Program-made: the position numbers and the translations under genes | Shown here: piece by piece, positions 1 through 13,419 of the stretch | How positions within the stretch are numbered: the stretch's first letter is position 1 | Layout of the letters: the number at the start of each line of letters is the position of its first letter | The notes under the pieces: generated by a model | Told to the model about the DNA's origin: nothing | Database searches by the model: none | Seen by the model: only the letters and a program-made list of their open reading frames with translations | Source of the DNA: an uncultured Actinomycetes bacterium | GTDB lineage: Bacteria > Actinomycetota > Acidimicrobiia > IMCC26256 > JAOSJL01 | Reading direction: 5' to 3' | DNA length: 64,000 nt | Assembly: GCA_963704035.1 (NCBI GenBank) | Contig: CAVPGR010000004.1 | Location: forward strand, 1,157,174-1,221,173

Positions 1-928
1 CGGCGTTCCGGTCTCGCGCCTCATGGAGGGTGAGCTCGAGAAGCTCGTGCGTATGGAGGACGTCCTGCACGAGCGTGTGATCGGCCAGGACGCGGCGGCG
101 GGAGCGGTTGCGAACGCCATCCGGCGAAGCCGGGCAGGGCTCTCCGACCCGAACCGTCCCATCGGATCGTTCATGTTCCTCGGCCCGACAGGTGTCGGCA
201 AGACCGAGCTCGCGCGGACGCTTGCCGACTTCCTGTTCGACGACGAGCGGGCCATGGTGCGTATCGACATGTCGGAGTACATGGAGAAGCACACCGTGTC
301 GCGCCTCGTGGGAGCACCTCCTGGGTATGTCGGCTACGACGAGGGTGGTCAGCTCACCGAAGCCGTCCGGCGTCGGCCCTATTCGGTCGTCCTTCTCGAC
401 GAGATCGAAAAGGCGAGCCAGGAGGTCCTCAACGTGCTGCTCCAGCTCATGGACGACGGACGACTCACCGACGGCCAGGGCCGCACGGTCGACTTCACGA
501 ACACGGTGCTGATCATGACGAGCAACCTCGGATCCGGTGGAACCGACGAGCAGGTGATGGCGGCGGTGCACGCTCACTTCAAGCCGGAGTTCGTGAACCG
601 TGTCGACGAGATCGTCGTGTTCACGTCGCTCACCGAAGCCGACATCGCCCGGATCGTCGACCTCCAGGTGGAGCACCTCCGGGAACGCCTCACGGACCGC
701 AACCTCGATCTGGTGCTCTCCGACGAGGCGCGGGCCCACATCAGCCGGGTGGGCTACGACCCCGACTTCGGCGCCCGGCCTCTCAAGCGGGTGATCCAAA
801 AGGAGCTCGCCGACCCGATTGCCCTGGCGCTGCTGTCGGGCGACTACCACGACGGCGACACGGTGTCGGTCGACGCCTCGGCAGACGGCTCCCTCGTCTT
901 CGAGGGGAGTACACCCGCCCACACCTGA
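1..928 (+). CDS. clpB: ClpB-type AAA+ disaggregase, C-terminal part (5' end lies outside the window)
   Basis: Frame is open from the window edge ([15 protein letters not shown]...). Second AAA+ module motifs are present: [25 protein letters not shown]. The listed ORF 23..928 is only the in-window tail. Confidence 0.9.
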   Translation, partial: GVPVSRLMEGELEKLVRMEDVLHERVIGQDAAAGAVANAIRRSRAGLSDPNRPIGSFMFLGPTGVGKTELARTLADFLFDDERAMVRIDMSEYMEKHTVSRLVGAPPGYVGYDEGGQLTEAVRRRPYSVVLLDEIEKASQEVLNVLLQLMDDGRLTDGQGRTVDFTNTVLIMTSNLGSGGTDEQVMAAVHAHFKPEFVNRVDEIVVFTSLTEADIARIVDLQVEHLRERLTDRNLDLVLSDEARAHISRVGYDPDFGARPLKRVIQKELADPIALALLSGDYHDGDTVSVDASADGSLVFEGSTPAHT

Positions 929-937
929 CGTGACAGG

Positions 938-2241
938 ATGCGGGGCGTGAATCCCGAGGAGAGTGCGAAGAACGGCGTCGGCAGCAAGAGCGGTGTCGGC
1001 AGCAAGAAGAGCAAGGGGCCGCGGTGGCGGCGGGTGCTGGCGGTCGTTCTCGTCATCGTCGGCACGTTGTCGTTGCTCGGCGCCAACCTCATGCTCTATG
1101 TCCGGCGCACGATGGCGGAGACGAACTCGTTCGTCGACACGCTGGCGCCACTGAGCTCCGACACCGACGTCACCGCGGCACTGGCCGAGCGCCTGACGCT
1201 GGTGATTTCCGACGCCATCGGCGTCGAGGACCTCGTGACCGACGGCCTGCCCGACGACCTCTCCTTCATCGCCGGCCCGATCACGACGAGCGTCGAGGGA
1301 TTCGTCGCCGAGCAGGTGGAGAAGGTTCTGAACTCCGAGGCCTTCAGCACGATCTGGCGTGAGTCCCTCGCGATCGTGCACGATCAGGTCAAGGCCGCGC
1401 TCAACGACGACAAGGAGGTCCTCAAGACCACGGACGGAAAGGTCGTGCTGGACCTCACCTCGGTGGTCGACAAGGTCTCCCAGGAGCTGAGTGACGCCGG
1501 CCTCGAGCTCCCGGATTCCGCACAGGGCACCATCCAGGACCAGCTCGACAACGTCGGTGAGATCACGCTGTACAGCGGCGATCAGCTACGGGAGCTCCAG
1601 AACACCATCGACCTGCTCAACAAGTTGGCGCAGGTCCTGTACGTCCTCACGCTCGTCGCGTTCGTGGGGGCCGTTGTCGCGGCGGTCCGGCGACGGCCGA
1701 TCATCATGGCGATCGGCGCCTCGTCCGTGGTGGTGATGCTCCTCACGCTCATCTCGCTGGACATCGTCCGGTCGTTCATCGTGGATGCCGTCGATGCGGA
1801 TCTTCAACGAACTGCAGTCGGTGACGTGTTCGACACGATCGTGCGGGGCCTGCTGACCCAGATCTACGTCATGTTCTTGGTGGGTCTCGCATTGTTCGTG
1901 GGCGGACTGGTCATGGGCCCGTACCGATGGGCGACCTGGTTGCGCGGATGGGTCACGTCGCATCTGGAGTCGGTGCGTGCCGGTCGGCACCAGTCGAGAG
2001 GCGCCCTGGGCCGACTACGCGTGAGCTTCCTCCGGCACAGGTCGTACTGGTTCGGCGGGGGGATCATCGCGTCTCTGGTGGCTCTCATACTCTGGCCACG
2101 GCCCACGCTAGAGGTCCTCGCCGTCATCGCCCTGGTGCTCGCCGTGTATCTCGTGCTGGTCGAGATCTACGCCCAGACCGAGATCCCCCAAGGCACGCCC
2201 GATTCCCCCGATGAAGGTGCTGACACCGCCACACTGGAGAC

Positions 2242-2245
<4 letters not shown>
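938..2245 (+). CDS. Integral membrane protein, function unknown
   Basis: 435-aa ORF with an N-terminal TM after a basic stretch, a long soluble middle and several C-terminal TM helices. It starts 9 nt after the clpB stop, and its stop overlaps the next start (GTGA at 2242). Confidence 0.6.
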
Positions 2246-4874
<2,629 letters not shown>

Positions 4875-4875
4875 G

Positions 4876-6187
4876 GTGGCGGGGCTGAGGGTTCTCGTCC
4901 TCGGTGGGGGCGGGCGTGAACACGCGCTCGCGCTGGTCGTTCGCGCGATCGTCGGCCGTCGACGAGGTGATCGCGGCTCCGGGGAATCCGGGGATGAGAG
5001 TGCTCGGGCGCTGCGTGCCGGTCGACGCCGCTGACCCCAAGGCGGTCACCGCTCTCGCTGCCGAGGTCGACGCCGACCTCGTCGTCGTCGGCCCTGAAGC
5101 TCCTCTCGTGGCGGGCGTGGTCGACGCTCTGGAGACCGATGGCCGCCTCGCGTTCGGTCCCGGAGCAGCGGCGGCCGAACTGGAGGGTTCGAAAGCCTGG
5201 ATGAAGGGTGTGCTCGCCGATGCAGGGGTTCCGACGGCCCGCCACGGCGCGTTCACCGACGACCGGGCCGACGAGGCGCTTGCCTTCCTCGACACTCTCG
5301 ACGACCTCTACGTGGTCAAGACCGACGGGCTCGCCGCCGGCAAAGGTGTCGTCGTGACCGAATCGCGCAGCGATGCGGCCGATGCCGTGCGCTCGTACCT
5401 GTCGGGTGAGGCGTTCGGTGACGCCGGTCGCACCGTCGTGATCGAAGAGGGCCTCAGCGGTCCGGAGCTTTCGGTGTTGGTGCTGTGCGACGGAGACAAC
5501 GCGGTGCCGCTCCCCCCGGCGCAGGACTTCAAGCGCATCGGGGACGGTGACACCGGTCCGAACACGGGGGGCATGGGCGCCTACTCGCCGGTGCCGGAGG
5601 CGCCCATGGCGGTGGTCGACACGGTGATGGACTCGGCGGTGCATCCCACCCTCGACGTCCTGCGTGGCCGTGGGATCACCTACCGCGGAGTTCTCTACGC
5701 GGGCCTGATGCTCACACTGAAGGGCCCGAAGGTCCTCGAGTACAACGTGCGCTTCGGCGACCCGGAGTGCCAGGCGGTCGTTCCGCGTCTGGCGAGCGAT
5801 CTGGCCGTTCACTGCATGGAGGCCGCCGAGGGCAGGCTTGTCACCCCGGTGGCCGTTCGCGAGGACGCGTGCGTCACTGTGGTGCTGGCGTCCGAGGGGT
5901 ATCCCGTCTCGCCCCGCACCGGCGATGTGATCGAGGGGCTCGACGAGGCCGACGCACTCGACGACGTGGCCGTCTTCCACGCGGGAACGAGCGCGGCCGA
6001 CGGCCGGATCCGCACGTCCGGTGGGCGTGTGCTGGCGGTGAGCGCACTCGGTTCGGACATCGCAGCGGCCCGATCGCTCGCCTACGCCGCCGCCGACCTG
6101 ATCGAGTGGCCCGGCGTCCAGTACCGCCGCGACATCGCCGAGGCGGCGGCGCTCGAGGCCGCCGACCCGAAGATCGCCACCCCGTGA
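4876..6187 (+). pseudogene. purD: Phosphoribosylamine-glycine ligase with the frame broken near 4932 as sequenced (probably an indel error, since this is a housekeeping gene)
   Basis: GTG 4876 gives VAGLRVLVLGGGGREHALA in frame 1. The rest (WSFARSSAVDEVIAAPGNPGM...ATP-grasp...) is in frame 2 (ORF 4904..6187). Removing one nt at GCG-C-TGG restores a canonical PurD N-terminus. Confidence 0.85.
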
Positions 6188-6222
6188 TGACAGCGTGATG
6201 ACACCGTGATGACATCGTGACG
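6184..6222. repeat. Tandem 11-nt repeat GTGATGACANC x3 plus a partial fourth copy, in the purD-purB spacer
   Basis: Read directly: GTGATGACAGC GTGATGACACC GTGATGACATC GTGACG. The first copy contains the purD stop codon. Confidence 0.8.
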
Positions 6223-6239
6223 CCGAGGAGGCTCTCGCC

Positions 6240-7580
6240 GTGATTCCCCGCTATTCGCTCCCCGAGATGTCGGAGCTGTTCACCGACGAGGCGCGCCTGT
6301 CCACCTGGTTGGAAGTGGAGATCCTGGCCGTCGAAGGCCGTGCCGCACTCGGTGACGTTCCCGAGGAGGACGCCGCGCAGGTCCGCGAAAAGGCCGCGTT
6401 CGACGTGGCGGCCGTCGACGCGCGTGAGCAGATCACCCAGCACGACGTGGCGGCCTTCGTCGACGTCGTGCAGGAGGCGATCGGCTCTCCGGCTGCCGGA
6501 TGGTTCCACTACGGCCTGACGTCGTCCGACGTGGTCGACACGGCCCAGTCGGCGACGCTCACGCGCGCGTGCACCCTTCTGCTCGCCGCGGTCGATGCTC
6601 TCGACACCGTCCTCGTGGCTCGGGCCCGCGAGTTCGCCACCACACCGATGGTCGGGCGTACGCACGGCATCCACGCCGAGCCCACGACGTTCGGTCGCAA
6701 GGTCGCCCTCTGGGTGCTCCAACTGCGGCGCGATCGCGACCGCCTCGTCCGAGCCCGTGACGCGGTGGCCGTCGGCAAGCTCTCGGGGGCGGTCGGCACC
6801 TACTCGAACGTCGAGCCCGAGGTGGAGACATTCGTGTGCAACCGCTTGGGCCTCACACCCGCGCCGGCCACCCAGGTTCTCGCCCGCGACCGCCATGCGG
6901 AGTTCCTGTACGCGTGTGCCTCGCTCGGCGCCACGATCGAGTCCTTCGCGACGGAGATTCGCCACCTGCAACGCACCGAGGTGGGCGAGGTCTCCGAGCC
7001 GTTCGGCACCGGCACCCAGAAGGGTTCCAGCGCCATGCCCCACAAGCGGAACCCGGTGAAATGCGAACAGCTCTGCGGACTCGCGAGAGTGCTGCGCGGC
7101 AACCTCCAGGCGGGAATGGAGAACGTGGCCCTCTGGCACGAGCGCGACATCTCCCACTCGTCGGTGGAGCGCATCGTTCTCGCCGACTCGGCGACGCTGG
7201 CGCACTACATGACAGTGCGGTTCACGAAGATCGCGCAGGGCATGGTCGTGCACGACGAACGGATGCTGGAGAACCTCGAAGCGTCATTCGGTCTCGTCTT
7301 CTCGCAGCCGGTTCTCCTGGCCCTTGTCGCGTCGGGTGTCACCCGTGACGATGCCTACCGGCTGGTGCAGGCGGCGGCGACGCGCTCATGGGAGGAGCGC
7401 CGCCCGTTCCGCGAGATGCTCGACGCCGACCCCGAGGTCTCGGCTGCGTTGAGCGATGCAGATCTCGACGCCTGCTTCGACCTCGACAAGGCTCTCTCGG
7501 GAGCACAGCGGATCTTCGACGACCTCGATGCCCTCGACGATCTCGACGATCTCGACGAGCCGGGTGGAACCTCGGCGTGA
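6240..7580 (+). CDS. purB: Adenylosuccinate lyase
   Basis: 446 aa, GTG start. Contains the fumarase/lyase signature GSSAMPHKRNP and an N-terminus RYSLPEMSELF typical of PurB. The C-terminus is acidic and low-complexity. Confidence 0.93.
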   Translation: MIPRYSLPEMSELFTDEARLSTWLEVEILAVEGRAALGDVPEEDAAQVREKAAFDVAAVDAREQITQHDVAAFVDVVQEAIGSPAAGWFHYGLTSSDVVDTAQSATLTRACTLLLAAVDALDTVLVARAREFATTPMVGRTHGIHAEPTTFGRKVALWVLQLRRDRDRLVRARDAVAVGKLSGAVGTYSNVEPEVETFVCNRLGLTPAPATQVLARDRHAEFLYACASLGATIESFATEIRHLQRTEVGEVSEPFGTGTQKGSSAMPHKRNPVKCEQLCGLARVLRGNLQAGMENVALWHERDISHSSVERIVLADSATLAHYMTVRFTKIAQGMVVHDERMLENLEASFGLVFSQPVLLALVASGVTRDDAYRLVQAAATRSWEERRPFREMLDADPEVSAALSDADLDACFDLDKALSGAQRIFDDLDALDDLDDLDEPGGTSA

Positions 7581-8491
7581 GCGCCGCGGGGCCGGTTCAC
7601 CTCGCGTCGGGCAAGGTCCGCGAGCTCTACGACGCAGGCGATGGCCGGCTGCTGATCGTCTCGACCGACCGGATCTCGGCGTTCGACGTCGTGATGGCCG
7701 AACCCATCCCCGACAAGGGCCGAGCGCTGACGCAACTCTCGGCGTGGTGGTTCCGCCAGACCGCACGGGCCGTGCCGAATCACTTCATCAGCGTCGATCC
7801 CGGTGACTTTCCCGCCGGCACCGATCCCGACATGGCCGGGCGGGCGATGCTCGTGCGTGCCGCCGAGCCGATCCGCCTCGAGTGCATCGTGCGTGGGCAC
7901 CTCTTCGGCAGCGCCTGGGCCGAGTACGAGGAGAGAGGAAGCGTCAACGGGTTGACGATGCCCGACGGTCTGCGCCAGGCCGACCCGTTACCGGAGCCGA
8001 TCTTCACACCGAGCACCAAGGCGGAGGTCGGTCACGACGAGCCCCTCACCCCGGAGCAGGCGACCGATCTCGTGGGCGCCGAGGTCTACGACACCCTGGA
8101 GCGGTACTCGCTGGCCCTGTTCGCCCACGGTGCCGCGCACGCGGCGAGCTGCGATCTCGTCCTGGCCGACACCAAGTTCGAGTTCGGCGTCATCTCCGGT
8201 GAGGGTTCCGGAGATGGCTCCGGGGATGGCCCCGAAGAGATCGTCGTCATCGACGAGATCCTGACGTCCGACTCGTCGCGCTACTGGGAACTCGAAACCT
8301 ACCGACCGGGCACGTCGCCGCCGTCGTTCGACAAGCAGTTCGTACGCGACTTCCTCGCAGCGCAGGAGTGGGACCGCACGCCGCCACCCCCGCCGCTGCC
8401 CCCGGAGGTCGTCGCAGGTACGCGGCAGCGTTACGTCGAGGCCTACGAACGTCTCACCGGCCTCCCCTTCCAAGATCAGATGCGTCCCTGA
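7577..8491 (+). CDS. purC: SAICAR synthetase
   Basis: GTG 7577 overlaps the purB stop (GTGA). Motifs: LASGKVRELYD, LLIVSTDRISAFD, LADTKFEFG. The longer ORF from 7388 runs through the purB 3' end and is not PurC-like. Confidence 0.9.
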   Translation: MSAAGPVHLASGKVRELYDAGDGRLLIVSTDRISAFDVVMAEPIPDKGRALTQLSAWWFRQTARAVPNHFISVDPGDFPAGTDPDMAGRAMLVRAAEPIRLECIVRGHLFGSAWAEYEERGSVNGLTMPDGLRQADPLPEPIFTPSTKAEVGHDEPLTPEQATDLVGAEVYDTLERYSLALFAHGAAHAASCDLVLADTKFEFGVISGEGSGDGSGDGPEEIVVIDEILTSDSSRYWELETYRPGTSPPSFDKQFVRDFLAAQEWDRTPPPPPLPPEVVAGTRQRYVEAYERLTGLPFQDQMRP

Positions 8492-8523
8492 CGCGCGCTA
8501 TCGCGCGCGTCAGGGACGCATCT
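8478..8523 (+). terminator. Perfect 21-bp GC-rich stem-loop overlapping the purC stop (possible terminator, attenuator or stabiliser)
   Basis: AGATGCGTCCCTGACGCGCGC-TATC-GCGCGCGTCAGGGACGCATCT, followed by CTCTT, which is only a weak U-tract. Confidence 0.4.
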
Positions 8524-8552
8524 CTTGCGGGTGCGTGCCGTAGGCTGAGCGT

Positions 8553-8822
8553 ATGGCGTTCGTGGCCCACATCGACGTGTCGCTCAAGGCCGGGATTCTC
8601 GACCCCCAGGGAGGCGAAATCGAGCGCGCACTGCCCGCGCTCGGCTACGACAACGTCTCCGACGTGCGGGTCGGCAAGACCATCCGTCTGGTCGTCGACG
8701 CACCTGATGCCGCCGGCGCCGAGGCGCAGGTCGTGGAGATGTGCGACCGGCTGCTCGCCAACCCCGTGATCGAGTCGTATTCGGTGGATCTGGAGCCCGT
8801 GCCCGCAGGTTCTTCCGTATGA
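8553..8822 (+). CDS. purS: FGAM synthase subunit PurS
   Basis: 89 aa. Contains VSLKAGILDPQGGEIERAL and ANPVIESY, typical of PurS. Stop overlaps the purQ start (ATGA). Confidence 0.9.
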   Translation: MAFVAHIDVSLKAGILDPQGGEIERALPALGYDNVSDVRVGKTIRLVVDAPDAAGAEAQVVEMCDRLLANPVIESYSVDLEPVPAGSSV

Positions 8823-9493
8823 GTGCACGTGTCGGGGTCGTCGTGTTCCCCGGAACCAACTGTGAGCTCGACGTGGTCCGTTCCCTCGGCGCACTCGGAG
8901 GCGATGCCCGTACCGTCTGGCACGGCGAGAGTGATCTCGGGGATCTCGACGCCGTCGTCATTCCGGGCGGCTTCGCGCACGGCGACTACCTGCGAACGGG
9001 CGCCATCGCGCGCTTCTCCCCGGTCATGGAGGCCGTGAGCGCGTTCGCGGCGACCGGCGGACCGATCGTGGGGATCTGCAATGGTTTCCAGGTCCTCACC
9101 GAAGCCGGGCTCCTTCCCGGCGCACTCGGCAAGAACGAACACCTGCGCTTCATCTGCCGCAGCGTCGACCTGCGCGTCGAGACCACGACGACACCCCTCA
9201 CCCATCGTGCCCAGCTCGGATCGGTGTTGCGGATCCCGGTCAACCACTTCGAGGGCAACTACGTGTGCGACGAGCGCACCCTGGCCGAGTTGCGTGACCA
9301 GGACCGTGTCGTGTTCCGTTACGTCGACAATCCGAACGGCAGCATCGACGACATCGCGGGGATCTGCAGCGAAGCCCGCAACGTGGTGGGCCTGATGCCG
9401 CATCCGGAGCGGGCCTCGGATGCGATTCTCGGCTCGGCCGACGGTGTGCCGCTGCTGGAATCGCTCCTCACGGCCGCGTCGGTACCTGCCTGA
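8819..9493 (+). CDS. purQ: FGAM synthase glutamine amidotransferase subunit PurQ
   Basis: ATG 8819 gives MSARVGVVVFPGTNCE. Contains GICNGFQ (catalytic Cys) and MPHPER. The ORF opens at 8741 inside purS. Confidence 0.92.
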   Translation: MSARVGVVVFPGTNCELDVVRSLGALGGDARTVWHGESDLGDLDAVVIPGGFAHGDYLRTGAIARFSPVMEAVSAFAATGGPIVGICNGFQVLTEAGLLPGALGKNEHLRFICRSVDLRVETTTTPLTHRAQLGSVLRIPVNHFEGNYVCDERTLAELRDQDRVVFRYVDNPNGSIDDIAGICSEARNVVGLMPHPERASDAILGSADGVPLLESLLTAASVPA

Positions 9494-9547
9494 GCGCCTG
9501 GCTGAGCGCTCGCGCGAGCTCGTTGCAAGCGAGCGCGGGAAAACCGG

Positions 9548-9949
9548 TCATGCGCCGCGGGAAACGCCTGCCTTCTTGAGGACGTCGGGCGGGACACCGA
9601 GTTCGCGCCAGGCGGCGTAGGAGATCCCCTTCTGGCTCGAGTAGTCGGCCGCCACCTTCACAAAGGCGGCCTCCTTGGCGCCGTGATCCCCACTGGACTC
9701 CATGGCGTTCAACTGCCGGCGCAACTGCACCACCTTTTCGGCCCACGAGGGACGTCGCCCCGGTGTGGCGTCGGCCAGCTTTGCCTCGGCATCTGCCAGC
9801 GCCTTCTCCACAGAGGCCTTCGTGCGCTTCCGACCACGCTTGGGTTTGTTGTGTTCGAGCGATTCCAGGTACTCGGACACGGCACGGCTCGCGGCCGCCC
9901 CACCCTTCTTCGTGCTGCGCTTGGCTGCCTTCTTCGCCATGGAAAACAC
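9548..9949 (-). CDS. Small Lys/Arg-rich protein, function unknown (possibly DNA-binding)
   Basis: 133-aa ORF between purQ and purL on the opposite strand. Basic N-terminus KKAAKRSTKKGG...KPKRGRKR, and a C-terminal ISYAAWRELGVPPDVLKKAGV helix-like motif. Alternative start at 9940. Confidence 0.5.
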   Translation of the reverse strand: MFSMAKKAAKRSTKKGGAAASRAVSEYLESLEHNKPKRGRKRTKASVEKALADAEAKLADATPGRRPSWAEKVVQLRRQLNAMESSGDHGAKEAAFVKVAADYSSQKGISYAAWRELGVPPDVLKKAGVSRGA

Positions 9950-10102
9950 TCCCGAGAAGTCGATGAACGAAACCGGAGAAGAGAACGCTAAACGACACGC
10001 GAGAGTCCGTCAAAGTCGAAGCAGAACATGCGGTCAATAGGTACCCGATCCGCCGGCCCGTCCGGCGAAGACCACAGCGGAGCAGCCGTTAGGCTCGGCG
10101 TG

Positions 10103-12490
10103 ATGTCCGACACGGGTACGAACAAGGACGTTCCGCTCCATCGGCAACTCGGTCTCACCGATGAGGAGCACGAGGCCGTCGTCGCTCTGCTCGGTCGCGC
10201 ACCCAGCGACGAGGAACTGGCGATGTACGCCGTGATGTGGTCCGAGCACTGCTCGTACAAATCGTCGCGTACGCACCTGCGGCGCCTGCCCACTGAGGCG
10301 CCGTGGGTGCTCGTCGGACCGGGCGAGGGAGCCGGTGTGATCGACGTCGGCGACGGGTTGGCCGTGGCGATCCGCATCGAGAGCCACAACCATCCGTCCG
10401 CCGTCGAGCCCTATCAGGGCGCCGCCACCGGCGTCGGGGGGATCATCCGCGACATCTTCTCGATGGGAGCGCGCCCGATCGCTCTCATGGACCCGCTCCG
10501 TTTCGGGCGACTCGACGATCCGCGGGTCCGCTACCTGTTCGAGGGTGTCGTGGCCGGGATCAGCGGCTACGGCAACGCAGTGGGTGTCCCCACCGTCGGC
10601 GGTGAGGTGATCTTCGACGAGAGCTACCGCGACAATCCGCTCGTCAACGTGCTCTGCCTCGGCGTCCTCCCTCAGGAGCGGATGGTCCTCGCGCGTGCCG
10701 AGGGTGAAGGCAATCTCGCCGTGCTGCTCGGAGCCGCGACGGGTCGTGACGGAATCGGGGGCGCGAGCGTGCTGGCGTCGGCGGGATTCGAGGAGAGCGA
10801 CGACGAGAAGCGTCCGTCGGTGCAGGTCGGCGACCCGTTCGAGGAGAAGAAGCTCATCGAGGCCTGCCTGGCGCTGCTCGAAGCGGGTCTCGCCGTGGGC
10901 GTGCAGGACCTCGGAGCAGCGGGGATTTCCTGCGCAGCATCCGAAACAGCGGCCAACGCGGGTGCGGGTATGGATCTCGACGTGGCGCGGGTGCCCCGAC
11001 GCGAGCCGGGTATGACTCCGGTGGAGGTGCTCACCTCCGAGAGCCAGGAGCGGATGCTCGCCATCGTGACGCCGGAGAACCTCGACGAGGTCATCGGTCT
11101 GTGTGACCGGTGGGAGATCCGATCGTCGGTCGTCGGGCGTGTCACCGACACGGGACGCTTCCGCGTATTCAACGGCACGTTCGACGCCCTCGGAGTCGCC
11201 GGCTGCAATCCGCCCCCACCGGGCAGTGAACAAGCGCTCATCCCGGACTCCGACCGAGCACCGGTCGCCGACGTGCCCGTGGGGAGCCTCGGCGACGGCC
11301 CGGTCTACGACCGGCCGCTCGCTCCGCCCGCGGACCGCGACGCCGTGGCGGCCGACGACCCCGCGCCACGTCTCCGTGCGGCGCCCGGAACGAACGACGA
11401 CTGTTCGCACGAGCTCCTGGCGCTGCTGTCGATCCCCGACATCGCCGACAAGTCGTGGGTGTGGCACCAGTACGACCATCAGCTGTTTCTCAACACGGTC
11501 GTCGGCCCGGGTCACGACGCGGCCGTTCTCCGCCTCGAGGGAACGCAGCGTGGTCTGGCGCTCAGTACCGACGGCAATGCACGGTTCTGTCGCCTCGACC
11601 CGCGAACCGGAGCGCGCCTCGCGGTTCTCGAGGCGGCACGCAACGTCGCGTGCACGGGAGCGCACGCGCGGGCTCTCGTGAACTGTCTCAACTTCGGCAA
11701 CCCCGAGCACCCCGAGGTGATGTGGCAGTTCAGCGAGGTCATCGACGGCATGCGGGAGGCGTGCGTGGCGCTCGGGATTCCGGTTGTCGGTGGAAACGTG
11801 AGCTTCTACAACGAGTCCGACGGATACGACATCGACCCGACGCCCGTGGTGGGCGTCGTCGGCGTGATCGAGGATCTCGCCGCACCACCTCCGCAGACGG
11901 CTCTGCGGCCGGGTGTGTCGATCGTGGTGCTCGGCGAGACCGCCGAGGAGACCGGCGGAACACAGTGGGCTCGGAGCCACGGTCTCGACGGTGGCAGGCC
12001 ACCCGCGGCCGACCTCGGACGCGCGGCGGCTCTCCACGGCCTGCTTGTCGACGTGGTCGGGCGTCCCGACGTGGTCGCCGTCCATGACTGCTCCGACGGC
12101 GGTCTCGCCGTCGCGTTGGCCGAGATGGCGATCACCGGCGATGTGGGCTTCACGGTCGATCTCGACGCTGTGCCGGTCGTCGCAGTGGGTTCCGCCGGAG
12201 CAGATTCGGATGATGCTGTGCCGACGGGTGCGCTCTGCTTCGCCGAGTCGGCGTCGCGCGTGATCCTCGGCGTCGAGCCCTCGGGTGTCGACGAGGTCCT
12301 CGAACTGGCGGCCGGCGCCGGAGTTCCCGGCGCAGTGGTCGGCCGCACAGAGGCAACCGAGGGTGTCGCGCGGCTCACCGCACGCGAAAGCCGCGGTGGT
12401 GGCTTCGACGTGGCGCTCGATGCCGCGACCGACGCCTGGCGCCGCCCGATTCCCGATGCCGTCGGCGCCGACCTGGCGCCCCGGGTCTGA
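10103..12490 (+). CDS. purL: FGAM synthase large subunit PurL
   Basis: Motifs: [54 protein letters not shown] 10103 (GTG 10100 is also possible). The ORF opens at 10028. Confidence 0.93.
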   Translation: MSDTGTNKDVPLHRQLGLTDEEHEAVVALLGRAPSDEELAMYAVMWSEHCSYKSSRTHLRRLPTEAPWVLVGPGEGAGVIDVGDGLAVAIRIESHNHPSAVEPYQGAATGVGGIIRDIFSMGARPIALMDPLRFGRLDDPRVRYLFEGVVAGISGYGNAVGVPTVGGEVIFDESYRDNPLVNVLCLGVLPQERMVLARAEGEGNLAVLLGAATGRDGIGGASVLASAGFEESDDEKRPSVQVGDPFEEKKLIEACLALLEAGLAVGVQDLGAAGISCAASETAANAGAGMDLDVARVPRREPGMTPVEVLTSESQERMLAIVTPENLDEVIGLCDRWEIRSSVVGRVTDTGRFRVFNGTFDALGVAGCNPPPPGSEQALIPDSDRAPVADVPVGSLGDGPVYDRPLAPPADRDAVAADDPAPRLRAAPGTNDDCSHELLALLSIPDIADKSWVWHQYDHQLFLNTVVGPGHDAAVLRLEGTQRGLALSTDGNARFCRLDPRTGARLAVLEAARNVACTGAHARALVNCLNFGNPEHPEVMWQFSEVIDGMREACVALGIPVVGGNVSFYNESDGYDIDPTPVVGVVGVIEDLAAPPPQTALRPGVSIVVLGETAEETGGTQWARSHGLDGGRPPAADLGRAAALHGLLVDVVGRPDVVAVHDCSDGGLAVALAEMAITGDVGFTVDLDAVPVVAVGSAGADSDDAVPTGALCFAESASRVILGVEPSGVDEVLELAAGAGVPGAVVGRTEATEGVARLTARESRGGGFDVALDAATDAWRRPIPDAVGADLAPRV

Positions 12491-12506
12491 GCCCCGGTCC
12501 GCCCGC

Positions 12507-13358
12507 TCAGCCGGTCGGTCGGCGCGCCTCGAGCGCGGTCAGGAGCTCATCGGGTACGGCCAGGTCGCCTTCACCCACGCCGAGGCGCACGCCGGGCTTG
12601 TACGTGCCGTGGTAGTCGGATCCTCCCGTGACAGCCAGACCGTGACGACCGGCGAGATCACTGAACGACGTGCGCTGTTCGGGGGTGTAGCGCGAGTACA
12701 CGCATTCGAGCGCGTCGAGCCCGACGGCGGCCATCTCCGCGATGAAACTCTCGAGGTCGTCGTCCTCGAAGCCGAGGGTGGTGGGGTGGGCGATCGACGT
12801 GACGGCATTGCCGGTGTGGGCCAATTCGATCGATTCCTCCGGACCGAGACGGAGCCGTTCGACGTACGCGGGCTGTCCCTTCGCGAGCCAGCGGTCGAAG
12901 GCCTCCTGCACCGACTCGACGTGGCCGCGCGCCATGAGGACGTCGGCGATGTGCGGACGGCCGACGGTGCCGTCGCCGGCGACCTCGAGCACCTCGTCGA
13001 TCGTGATCTCGACACCGAGCTCGTTGAGCCGCTTCACGATGTTCGTGTTGCGGTTGTCGCGTGAGTCCTGCACCGCGGCGAGCCTCGAGCCGAGCGGACC
13101 GTTCGGGTCGTCGAGGAAGTACACGAGCAGGTGCATCGTCCCCGGCGCACGGTCGCCCACCTCGCACGAGATCTCGCAGGCCGGGATCAGCCGAACACCG
13201 AAGCGATCGGCCGCGGTGCTTGCCTCGTCGAGGTGATCGAGCGTGTCGTGGTCGCTCAGCGCCAGCGCGTTCAGGCCCACGTCGGAGGCGAGCCGGAGTA
13301 TCTCGGTGGGCGAGTCGGTGCCGTCCGAAACCGTCGAGTGGGAGTGCAGGTCGATCAT
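12507..13358 (-). CDS. PHP-domain metal-dependent phosphoesterase (TrpH/YciV-like)
   Basis: Starts MIDLHSHSTVSDGTDSP. Contains ALSDHD and GGSDYHG motifs. 283 aa. Confidence 0.8.
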   Translation of the reverse strand: MIDLHSHSTVSDGTDSPTEILRLASDVGLNALALSDHDTLDHLDEASTAADRFGVRLIPACEISCEVGDRAPGTMHLLVYFLDDPNGPLGSRLAAVQDSRDNRNTNIVKRLNELGVEITIDEVLEVAGDGTVGRPHIADVLMARGHVESVQEAFDRWLAKGQPAYVERLRLGPEESIELAHTGNAVTSIAHPTTLGFEDDDLESFIAEMAAVGLDALECVYSRYTPEQRTSFSDLAGRHGLAVTGGSDYHGTYKPGVRLGVGEGDLAVPDELLTALEARRPTG

Positions 13359-13419
13359 GGGGTTCTGCTCAGGGGATCTCGGAGAATCTCTGCCACGTCA
13401 GAGTCTCACACGCTGCCGC

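Noticed and set aside
8190-8235. The GEGSGDGSGDG insert in PurC and the acidic DALDDLDDLDE tail of PurB (7520-7570), considered as possible planted or mobile sequence.
   Set aside because: Both are short, in-frame, low-complexity acidic or Gly-rich linkers, which are common in high-GC actinobacterial proteins. The flanking motifs are intact.
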